From Iphione sp. A-MEVVRFRX5 (taxonomy: Eukaryota): a DNA stretch of 64,000 nucleotides. The position numbers and the translations under genes are program-made. Location of the stretch: contig OZ320322.1 in NCBI GenBank assembly GCA_976226885.1, forward strand, positions 25,730,001-25,794,000, in the 5' to 3' direction. The notes below the pieces were generated by a model that made no database searches, was not told where the DNA came from, and was given only the letters and a program-made list of their open reading frames with translations. Below are positions 50,018-60,734 of this stretch, in pieces (the stretch's first letter is position 1; the number at the start of each line of letters is the position of its first letter).

Positions 50018-52502
50018 TTAAGTCAACAGGAGCGGGAGGGGGGACTATTGTAACTCCGTTGTAAAGGGGTAGATACTCACGGAACCACTGAAGGTCCTTG
50101 ATAGCGAGGGGTGAAAGCCTTATTTGTTTTGAGCCATTATGGGCGGTGACCCTGTACTGACCAAGGAGTGTATTAATATGTGGGTTATAAGCTGCTCTAT
50201 CTTATCTGTTGGTATTGATATAACCTTATCATGAGTCTGAAACCTGACCCCCAGCCAGGTTACATCCTAGGATGGGGGTGGGGGTACATTTCTCAAGGGT
50301 TAGCATTAATCCCAGGCAAGAAATTGTAATTTTTGCATGGTGAAAGACCTCAGAGAGATAATGATGGTCATGATGGATGAATATATAATCTTCAAGGTAG
50401 ACATATGTATGGATCTTGGGATATGAGACAAATATTTTGTTAATTATGGTCTGGAAGATGGGTTGAAGGAGAAGGGATGAAAACCTAGTGCCAAATGGTA
50501 GGGCTAAGTCTGTTAGGAATTTGTTTCCGACCTCGAATGGCAGCAAAGGTCAATCGAGCGGGTCGACTGGAAAGTGCAGATAAGTCAAGTGTAGCTACAA
50601 ATAGATCATACTGGTTGGCTATGATCAAATTGAATAAATAAGTTGTGGTAGGCAGCGGGAGTTTTTCTTGGGTGTCGTCATTACTGGGCTAACCGTTGAG
50701 TAGGAATAGAAGGAATCAGTGTCAGATGGGCCTGCCAATGCTGTATGACCCAGCTCCGCGCATACCTATTTACCAACATGCTGGGTATCCTCCACGCAGA
50801 GGGGGTATGGGGATGCTACGCTATGGGGTGGGTTGTGGCCCATAAAACCTACAGGAAAGCCAAGTGTTTTGAACTGAAGTATCACAATCTTTGCTTGGTC
50901 GTGTTCGTTAAGAAATAGGTGCCAATTCGGGGTGTTAAAGTGGGAATATAGAGGAATGCGGGCTTCTAAGTGGTTTGGGAGGCCTGTTTCGTGGACTGCT
51001 TGATATATTCTGGCAAGGTGTGGGGGGAAACAGGGCGAGGGGATTGGCCAGTTCATGAGGCGGGGGACTAGGAGATTCACCTGGTTGGCTGGTGGTGGGG
51101 TGAGCGAGTCATGTCTCAGGCAATCACCATGAGGAACAGTGGAATCAACACACAAAACACATGGGTGATCAACGTCATTAAATCAAACGTGTCCTGTAGA
51201 TTCTCCACCACTCTTGGTCCTGTCTCTGTCGGCGGAACTCTTGAGCCGGCTGGTTCGTCTTGGTTGTTGTTGCCGTCTGGGGTTGGCTGCGTCGTTTCAA
51301 TCGACACCGATCTACCTTGTGGTCCATCTGCTTGTTCGACACAAGAAAACAGTATGGGCAAATGTGAAAAAAAGAAAAATATCATTAGATGTATGTGGCA
51401 AGTGGTCTGTGCATTTGGAATAGTTCCACTTAGGGTAGGGAACTATGTTCTCCTTAGTTGGAGGAGTGAATTTCTCGCGGGACTCCCTGTTGTAGGTAGA
51501 GATGGTCCTCTGCTTGAGTGTCTGGATGCGTTGATGGTTATCCCATCTCAGCCTGTCATTAGTGGTGTGAGTCCGAACCTCATAGGCCCAATCCTTAATT
51601 GCTTCCCAGCCTGAGGCCTGATGAGGAAAAGTATAACAAATTATGAACTTGACAGGAAATATAATATAAGAAAATTGATGAATTTGAGGCAAAAAGTATG
51701 AAAACTGATGAATATGATGCGAAAAAGTATGAATTATGGCAAATTTGTGTGGATATATGGTAAAATGTGTAAATCTTTGTATATATGTGATGACAATTGG
51801 CAAATTCAACAAGGAAAGGGTGAATTCGAAAAGGAAAAGAGCTTGCTTTCCCATGCAGTTGTGCATTGTATGCAAGAAATTATCAAACATGTTTGAAACT
51901 GAGCAATGCACACCCATTGCACCTCAATGTACACAGCCATATACAAACATAGATGACACCCTTCAATGAAGTCAACCTGTTGTTTTAAAATGCCTTGGAA
52001 TGCACCCAAATGCATTCATGCATAAATGCCAGTAAGGCAACCAGGCTTAATTGACTTAGGTAATCATTGAACAATGGTATATCTTCTTGATTGCAAAGTT
52101 CTTAATAATGTTAGTAACACAAAAATTACCAATATTGTAATATGGTAAGACAAGCGAATGTCTCAAGGTTCATAGAGTTTTGGAACAATGTTTCAATGTT
52201 GCCATGTCTTGTGATTATAGAAATACATATATAGAGAAATTAATACGTTTCAACAGCAATTCAAAGGATCTTATCCAATCAATACATGTTTTCTAATTTT
52301 ATAGCCTCACATAAACAAGATATTGTAACATGTCACTGTCTGGATGAGCTCTTGTTTGCCAATGGTTAAATAAAATTACAAAGATTAAGAATCTGGTTCA
52401 CTCGAGTTACACTATAAAGTTGTACATGGGGTGATCTTTCTCGTATGTGCAAGGAATAAGGGTCTATTTATCCAGAAAAGATGGGGTTTATATATCACAG
52501 TA

Positions 52503-53190
52503 CAGGAGAAACTCGCTTTGCGACCATCACTTGGGTCGGCCCAAAATGGTCGTAATTCTGAATATGGTCGCAAAGTGATTGTGGAGGGGGTCTGGGCTTG
52601 AAATCATATCCCTTTCTCTCTCTCTCTCTATTTACATATGAAACGTCCAAAAAGTGCTGAATTTGATGACTTCAAGTCCAAAAAGTGCTGATTTTGATGA
52701 CTAAAAGTCCAAAAAGTGCTGAATTTGATGACTCTAAGTCCAAAAAGTGCTGAATTTGATGATTAAAAGTGACTCAAAGAGGTGAGAGACCATCAAAGAT
52801 GTCGCAGTAAAGGCTGCGACCACTCTCGAGCAACCCTCTCCAGGGTGAGAGACCATCAAAGTCGTCGAAGTTGACGCCCGCGACCACTCTCGGGCTACCC
52901 CTCCAGGGTGAGAGACCATCAAAGACGTCCCCATTGATGCCCTCGACACCCCGCGACCACTCTTGGCCTTACCCTTCCAGGCTGGGCGGTCGCAAAGTGA
53001 TATTAAAATGTACTAAAAACGACCCTAAGATGAGTGGTCGTATGGTGAATTTGGTCGGAAAGCAATATGGTCACAAAGTGAGTCCCTTTAACATAGGAAA
53101 TGTACTTAAAATAATTTCGTTCCGAACCAAAATGGTCGCAATAGTTGATTTGGTCGCAAAGTGAGGAGGTCGCAAAGCGAGTTTCTCCTG
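52503..53190. mobile_element. Tc1/mariner-pogo-type MITE (688 bp) with internal minisatellites
   Basis: TA|CAGGAGAAACTCGCTTTGCGACC ... GGTCGCAAAGCGAGTTTCTCCTG|TA: perfect 23-bp TIR with TA duplication. Contains 4 x 31-bp units (52645-52768) and 3 x 63-bp units (52781 to about 52970). Confidence 0.9.
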
Positions 53191-53734
53191 TATTACATAA
53201 TGGTTACTAAAAATAGTATACAGTCTAGACATATGTCTGGTTTGGAGGAATCTATGCAGTATTTAACCCTACTGTGTTACAGACTACATTTGTGTGGTTA
53301 CCTCTATGCAGTACCTTTGATGTGCAATCTAATCCATGACAAAGGGGATTGTTTGAGACGGATCACCTGATGCAGATCACCTGAAATGGACTTCACCAAG
53401 CCAGATTGCATGGCTTCATACATACACAGACTACATTATTAATACGTTTAAACAGCAATTAAAAGGATGTTATCCAATCAATACATATGTTCTAATCTTA
53501 TAGCCTCACTTAAACAACACCAGTAAACTTAATGTGAACAAAATGAAAATCAATGCATTTATTTGTGTATCGATCATGCCAGCCACTGCCTTCCTATTGC
53601 ACGAACTGTAGCTGTGACTAAATCACACTCTCTGTATTTACATGTTAGGATCAAAAACCATCTATGGACTCTGTTGAAGAAACGTTTTAGCTGCATTGGG
53701 TTAATAGGAGCAACTCTTATCTGCCATTATCCAG

Positions 53735-54090
53735 TTATGAGTGATGAATGGACAAACGACGTCTGTCCACGAGCAAGTATAGGGCAATAGTGCTGCAAGA
53801 TGTGACGTTCCCGTATCTCTCGCCTCCCCTGTTGAAGGAGGTCTTTTCGGGAATTTTTTTTTTTCTTTGGAGGATGTCACTTTCATCAGGGATCGATTGG
53901 GTGGGCAATGTGGAATAAAGCACCTTCCACCTCAGGGTTTTCTTCTTGAATCCTGTTTCTTCATTCTTCAGCAGTCCAGGGCAGTCTCCAGTCCTGTATC
54001 CTTTAATCTTAGATCTGATGGTTTCTTTCTTCCAGCAAGAGTTAATAAAGTTTTGTGCAGATACACCTGTCCCGTGTTGTTTGATCTTAA
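53735..54090 (-). mobile_element. Possible Penelope-like GIY-YIG endonuclease fragment
   Basis: RIKIKQH...WKKETIRSKIKG...SFNRGGERY loosely resembles the Penelope EN C-terminus (RxxEH...ExxxxxRKIKE...LNRDxG). Confidence 0.25.
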
Positions 54091-54093
54091 TTC

Positions 54094-55247
54094 TGTAGAG
54101 GCTTATGATCGTCACCCTAACAGGGTAACGTAAGAGGCGAAACAGGAAAACGAGGATCCCGAGTGTAGGGTTTATCGTGCTTTATTCTGAGTACATCAAT
54201 GGGATGATACTCTTATATCCCCTCTGACAATAAAGCTTAGATGGCAGACGCATGGCAGTAGGAGCTTATATTAAGGTGGGGGGGTCAGGACTTACGAGGC
54301 AGACCGGAGCCTTGTGGAGTCAAGTCCCAAGTAGGAGAAAGTCCTTCTTAGTCAGGAGTTCTTTCGACTAGGCAGCAGTCAGCGGCAGGCCGGAGGATAG
54401 GTGATTCCTCCAGCAGGGCTCTGGCCTGATCTCGGCCACTCGAAAGGTGTTTAAGCCTCTGGGTTTCAGTCTCTCTCTTCTTCCTACCTGTCTGACTCTG
54501 TATCTCTATATTCATATCGGGAGGATGTGCAGGCTCCTTATATACGTCCCTAGTTTTGGACTCTCCCTTCCTATTGGCTGAAAAGGGGCTATTCCGATTG
54601 GACGGTTGGGAGAGAGAGCTGCTCTGATTGGCTCACATAAGTAAGTGCCCCATGATGAAATCCTAAAGATCAAAGGGATTCCAGGTGAAGACAAATGGGG
54701 GCCTTAGGAATTGCACAATCTGCTGACGAAGACTGATGAGGGCCATTAACGTCAGTTTAAGCTAAAAGTACACCGGAATTCTCGTAAAGTTAATGCTCAG
54801 GGCCATGATGCCTGTCAACTGCTAGGAAAGATAATTGGATGGGTAAGGAATTAGGATTCCAGGCCCTTTGAAAAGGCCGACATCCGGGTCTAGCTCATCC
54901 AAAGGAGGAATTCAGACCGGAGTCACAAAGACAGGAATTTAACCGAGTATGCTGGACACCCAGAAGTGGGGCCATAAAGAGAGAGAAAACATCCTTCACC
55001 TGTCGGATCCCTATCAGGTTGAGTTATTACGAGGTAGAACTCTCTTTTGATCTGGTAACTACCCTGTGTGGGTTGCGAAAGAGAGGAATTACTCATAGCT
55101 GTTTTAGATTGCTTCGAGTTGCATCACAAAATGTTGGGAATTTGCTGACTGTCCTTTTGAAGGGAACGTTGGTGCTTCCGGAATGGGAAAGGGTGGGATA
55201 GGTATACACTAAGTGCCGAGTGGGCACGGAAGGCTCAGGTAAGACAA
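54094..55247 (-). mobile_element. Probable solo LTR (about 1.15 kb)
   Basis: TGT...ACA(A) ends flanked by AATTC (54089-93 and 55248-52, one extra A). The minus strand has three CCAAT boxes (54573, 54597, 54627), TATATAA (54544-54538) and AATAAA (54186-54181) in U3-R-U5 order. No ORF. Confidence 0.6.
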
Positions 55248-56369
55248 AATTCGCCCTTCCATGATGGTGTTGATTTTTGAGGGAGTCATTGATCTAACAA
55301 AGATATAAGGATATAAAATCCTTGGTAATGTGCTTTCTGGCTGAGGCTGTTTAGGTACACTGTCTTATATACTTCACATTGTCAAACAGTCCGATCAACC
55401 AGTTATATTATAACTAGCCATAGATATCAACATCTTATAAGAGGTCTAAGTCAATCCGCAGGGCCATCCCTCAGTGACAAAATCAATAAATGGCGCATCG
55501 GTAGAATTGGCAAAGAAGTACGATTTAAGAAAGCGTCACTCCCCCAATAATCAAGTAGAAATGCTTTTAATTGAAACTACAACTGAGCTTTTAAAGCAAG
55601 CTTGCAAAATCACACGTTGGCTGCATGACAAACTGCTGTTTCTCCTTTTTCTATGTATAGCTCGTATTGTAGGCAGAATTGTATTCAATGAATTCAGTTA
55701 TGATGTCACGAGCCGAAGTGGTTTATGATGTTATTCTGAATAAGAATGTCATTAGGTCATGAACCGGTCTTCATTCTATGCATACTCTAAGTATCAATTA
55801 AATACATTTATATAAATAACAGGCATTCCTAAATATGATTTTGAACAGTGAATGAGGGATGTTCTGGGTACGTTATTCCAAATGGTGTACGTCAGTTTCC
55901 ATGGAGCCCCTTGATTCCTGGGATCGGTAGAAAAATGAGGATAGTAAGCAGAATATCAAAGAGAAAAGGATCAGGACAAAACATGCATGATCATGTTTTA
56001 ATTCATAGTGCAATGTATGTGACCAATGGGCGTAGAATAGGAACATTCGCTAAAAGTTTCATACGGTCTGCACTTGAACATCAGCTCTCTACACCTCATT
56101 AATGTTCCTCACCTGTAGTTAAAACATGTAACCTCTCTAGTTCGGAGATATTCTTTACCTATAAGAGAAGCAATCCGAGCAGTGCAATGTATATTCGCCA
56201 GAGACAGTTCACGAAATCAACAAGGCATGTCTTTTCTATACTACAACACTTTTATTCGTAGGCCATTTACCAATTGCTTTGAAGGTTTAAATATATTGTC
56301 CATCCTCACGTCTTTGACAGCTGGCCTTACCTCAGATGTCTCTTTGCAGAGAACACTTTTACTGCACCA

Positions 56370-57719
56370 TCAGTATAATAAATTCATAATGGACAGTGTG
56401 CAAGCCTTCCACTGATAGGTGAACTGAAAATTCGAGTCCGTTCCATATTGTATGTGTTCTGAGGCGTTGTCGATCTGTTTTTATATCTTCATCCCCAGAG
56501 TTGCATCTACTATCAAAACCGTATCAGCTGTCATAATCCACGCTCGCACCAAATTATATTTTTTTGTCGTAAGCCAATAAATCACTCTTACCGTATCCTT
56601 TCGGAAGACCTTAATATCGTGTATAATATAATTTGATTACCTGCGTCGAAATGAAAAAGCTATCATATTAGTGTCGTGACTCCCTGCCGACGTCAAACCA
56701 AAGGTCGATATCTAATCCCCTGTGACTGGGACGTGTGCCATTTGTATGATTGACGACATTGGGATGTCTTACGTAAAACGACCTAGCGATGACGACGACT
56801 GGTAATGATTTGATTCTCTCTAGATAACTATAAAACATACCGTCTCTTGCCATTCTATTGTTAAGACTCAATAACCAGGTGGAGGCGTACCTCCCGAAGG
56901 GAAAGATAAACTTAACTGGCCCTCACACCAGAAACCCCCACCGTACAACTCCATTTCCAATGATCTTTTCTGCAGTGCAGCTCGGACGTAGATTAGAACT
57001 CGGGAAAATAGCAGCAAAGACGACGTTAACTGGGATGGGACGATGATTTTCTTCTATAAGTTAGTACAGGAGAGTACCATTGTCGAAGTAACATGTATAA
57101 CCTTCTTAATATATCATTGTAACAACAGAGAAACACGGTCTATTTTGTATCACCACATGGTCCGCGAAATTAATGAATCATGCACTATTGCATGTGCATT
57201 ACTATTCCCTTGGATAGGACAGGTTTGCGTGGCTGCAGATGCATGATTAAATGTTCTAATTTACATTCATTATACATATATTCTACTACAGGAGATTCAT
57301 TTTACTTGAAACGTATTCTTGTCGATATTTCTGAGGCAATTCCCTTACCATTAAAGCATTTTCGCAAATGTGCCGCAAGCATTTTAGGGAACTCCACCTC
57401 CACTGATTTTAAATGTTCGACTGGTCAATTGATAGGTTTTGTGACTAAAACTTGTTTTTCAGCAGGCTACATGACTATGGATGTGTCATACGAGGCGACG
57501 CGCATCTTTTTCTAAGCCATGGAGTATGACATTGTACATGAAGAGTATTGCGAATAAAACTAAAATGAAAACTAGTGAATCATGCAGTTTTTTATTATAT
57601 AAAGCTAGATAACGCTTCCTTCTTCTCAGACGAAAATACTGGTATGCAGAGTGCTTCAGTGAAGTAAAAGATTCTGACAATGTGGTTGTAATGAAAAAAA
57701 AGTTGTAAAATCGATGCAT
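56370..57719 (-). pseudogene. Possible decayed intronless gene for a type II membrane protein (Golgi glycosyltransferase-like topology)
   Basis: M...RLRRRKRY...LVFILVLFAILFMYNVIL (basic tail plus signal-anchor), then long frames broken by scattered stops. ETS motif ACCGGAAGTG upstream at 57792-57801. Family not recognised. Confidence 0.25.
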
Positions 57720-58619
57720 ATCAATTATATTCTACTGGTGTTAAATAAACGTTGAAACCCGGGAGGGTGCAGAACACTAAACGGCCTTTTCACCGGAAGT
57801 GAAGCATCCTCGCCACTGAAATTACATTTGTACATATAAATAACCATATTTGTGATGACATTCTCAAACAATGATTAGATTGCACTTATTTAGTGGGGAT
57901 CCCAGCTCCGAACCTGATAATATATCTTAGTTATATCAGAAGGACAAGCAGGCTAGAAGGCGTGTGCAATCGTGATGCAAAAGTGTTCAAGACAGTTTTC
58001 GAGGGAGGCTTGTTCGTTGGGAATCAGCAAGCTGTAGGTCACATTCTTACATGCAATTTCCATTGAAATCTTAACTAAAATACATAATAAACTTGGCTGG
58101 TTTCAGTCTTTTATTGATATCGGTCTTGCATTTTGTAATATGGAGAGGAAATAGCCAGTCCCATCCAAACCAAAGATAATAGGTCTGTAGTTGTCAATCT
58201 TATCCTGATCACTCTGTTCATTTTTCACCAGACTTAAAGATTTGATTCATAAGATATGTGAGAGACGGGATTATTTGCATGATAATTTTTGTATGTCCCT
58301 TAATGATGTTCTAAGTTATTGAAATCCACGGACCCAGGGCGATCACCGATTGACTGGCCAATGTTGACAATGTTATTTTTATAATGTGGATATTATTTGT
58401 CTGAAATGTATCTGAGTGTTTCTAGGGGAAGAAAAGATTTATTATGCCACGTAAACATGAACTAAACCAGAGTAAACATTGATGGACGTCGTTGATGTGA
58501 CAAACCATTTCTTGACACTGTACGATAATGCATGTATTGTAAAGAAACAAGAATTATTCAGAACAGCATCATATATAAAAGTCCGATTTAATATTTACTT
58601 AATTGTCATCACGAATAAT

Positions 58620-59800
58620 GAAAACATTTCTTTCATGTTTACCAATAATTCAAGTTGTTTACGTTCGATCTTAATATGGTCATTAGATGTTCACCCCTTT
58701 TTGTTTTTGAAGATTTTTGTTGATCGATGTGACATGACTGAAGCTTTGAAAATAAAGATAACAGAGTTATTGGCCACTGCTTGGTAAAATGTACAAAACC
58801 CTAATAAACTGAACCGGCGATTAATTCCAGAACGCTTACGTTACAAGTAAAATATTCGCATATCAATTCGAAATTCAAATTCCACATAGCTCCACATATG
58901 TCCCTACAGTTACCAAGTGTATATCTTCATGATAGCCTCTGAAACTGAATTCAACTCTGTCGCTCTCTGAATATACAACGACTTATTCAAAAGGTCTGGA
59001 AAATGAATGAATACAAGATATACGGCCAATTTGGAAGACGCATGTGTTAGGAATGTAGAAGGATTAGATGTGTCCTAAATTTGCAAAAATTGCCTACGAT
59101 GTTACTAAGTTGTTACCCTTTTTTATCCTGCATCGTTCTTTAGCCATTGCAATGTTATATAGAGGATTGTCGCTGCATTGCATAAGGGTATCTGCACAGG
59201 CTATTATGCAGATGCATTCAGTGTTGCTTTCTACATTTCAGTGTATAGCAGTATCGAAGGCAAGTGTAGGATTAAAGCAAGTTTAACAATGCCCATGGTC
59301 TCCTACAAAACAGAAAGCAGCATCCTACTGCCTTTCGTATTGTTCGACAAATGGAGATCTTTCATTAATTAGCAAACATTGCCCTTGCTTTTCCCGGACA
59401 TTCGCACTTTGACGAAGTTATATATCCCCAGCTTGCTATACGCTTTATCAGTAATATTCCGTTAACATTCTCTAGTCGATAAGTATTTTATGATGGTAAA
59501 CTGGTGGCCGGGGATCGCTCACTTTCCCCCACTGCTAAGATGAAGTTTCTCCATGAAATGCTTATCCGCTCGCACACAGGTTCTTTTAATTAATACCTCG
59601 TCCGTATCCTATTTGAGTTAAATCTATGAATACTCTGAGCGTTTATGAAACTTTAACAATGGCAAGAGGGGGTTTTGCTTTCGTTTTCAATAAGGTGGGA
59701 CGTTTAGCATCAAGTGACCGTGTAAAGAAACTTGATAGGAGAGTAGCCCTTTGTTAACAATCGGACATTACAAGAATCGCTACTTCATAGGCGTTTAAGA
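58620..59800 (+). pseudogene. Possible glycosyltransferase family 92 (GALT-1/DUF23-like) pseudogene
   Basis: Ordered remnants CPK...LLPFFILHRSL...LY, V*QCPW...QKAASYCL, LLFPD(I)/DEVIYP and GHYK match my recollection of the GT92 pattern C..P...EWIE.H...G...F..Y / W / Q.A..DCL / D.DE.I.P / HYR. Frameshifted. Confidence 0.4.
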
Positions 59801-60556
59801 AGTCCTTATCTGATGGGAAACAATTACAGAAATAATGAAGACATTTTCAAGACAATAATTTCTGCCTTTTCTATTTCAAATGAAGTGGACCGACAAAAAG
59901 CTTGTCTTTGTTGAGAATAATAAATACGTACATGTAATAAATGGAAAAGCCTTGCCAGAGACTTGAAGCCATCAATTTTGACGAAGAAAAAGATCCATGG
60001 AAACGGCTCTTAATCACTGTCATGCACTGGAAAGGAGAAAACAAATCTCCAAGTTTAAACTTATTCCTTGGGATCTACATGTACCTGCATCAGTAGTCAG
60101 TAATCTTCTCCACTGAACTCTTTTTTATTTTTTGAGACCTCTGTGTTCTATAAACAGCTAAAGAAAAAAACATGGTCGCAACATATTTTTTCGATACAAA
60201 TTTTACTACGACCAAGTAAACTGGTCCAACCTTTAATCAGCGGGGAAAAAAAACATCTTCGGACAAACTTTATATAAGGACATATTCATCATCATTAACT
60301 CCCATCTACTGTAGCTATGTCGGCAATCTGTCTTCTATGGTCTAGTTTGTTAGTCATTAATATTGTTGCAACTATACCATAAGTGTCCTAAAATGTGATA
60401 TATGTGATACAGCTTATAAAGTAGAGTAGTGCGTTTTGATTTCATCAGGTTTGGGAGGCGGGGGTTGATCTGAATATTTGAATATAGTTTGCATTGCGTG
60501 AATGTCTATATTTAAGAAATATATGAGCGAATCACATGACCAGATAATTGGAGCAT

Positions 60557-60642
60557 CCAATAGGAATGCATACTCCATGTCAGTCGGTGACGTCAGTTGC
60601 TCTCACTGCCTGAAGTGAATGCGTTTAAATGGTGGTATATAA
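60557..60642 (+). promoter_or_regulatory. Putative CK2 promoter: CCAAT, CRE and TATA
   Basis: CCAAT at 60557-61, perfect CRE palindrome TGACGTCA at 60588-95, and TATATAA at 60636-42, about 90 bp before the ATG. Confidence 0.6.
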
Positions 60643-60734
60643 GGTAAAGGGGGACATCACTTGTGTCGTCACAGGCTAAGACGTCTACATGCAACTTTTC
60701 ATCTATTGGATTTATTCACGCTTTCGGAGAAGAG

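Larger units (their letters stand above)
47570..51620 (-). mobile_element. Decayed DIRS/Ngaro-type tyrosine-recombinase retrotransposon
   Basis: Minus strand, in order: gag-like (GWEAIKDW..W.NHQRIQ, about 51312-51620); RT (IYQAVHETGLPNHLEARIPL..NTPNW, LGFPVGF, LPFG, YLEDY, DLQWFREYLPLYNGVTI, about 50040-51155); RNase H (LEAFN, CDNSATIHVLLSGRTRD, about 48550-49100); tyrosine recombinase (FMFFSMVRQRN, HSFRRGGA, QGTW, 47587-48455). Many stops and frameshifts. Confidence 0.88.

Noticed and set aside
52645-52970. 31-bp and 63-bp arrays as CRISPR-like repeats
   Set aside because: The units are contiguous with no unique spacers, lie inside a MITE in a eukaryotic context, and there are no cas genes.
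52239-53517. About 80-bp direct repeats (52239-52318, 53438-53517) around the MITE
   Set aside because: They are not adjacent to the MITE ends, so they are not a TSD; probably an old local duplication.
55848-59372. CSGY (about 55860) and CTGYY (about 59190) as CxGxC remnants
   Set aside because: No correctly spaced flanking cysteines; the second lies within the GT92-like remnant in another frame.
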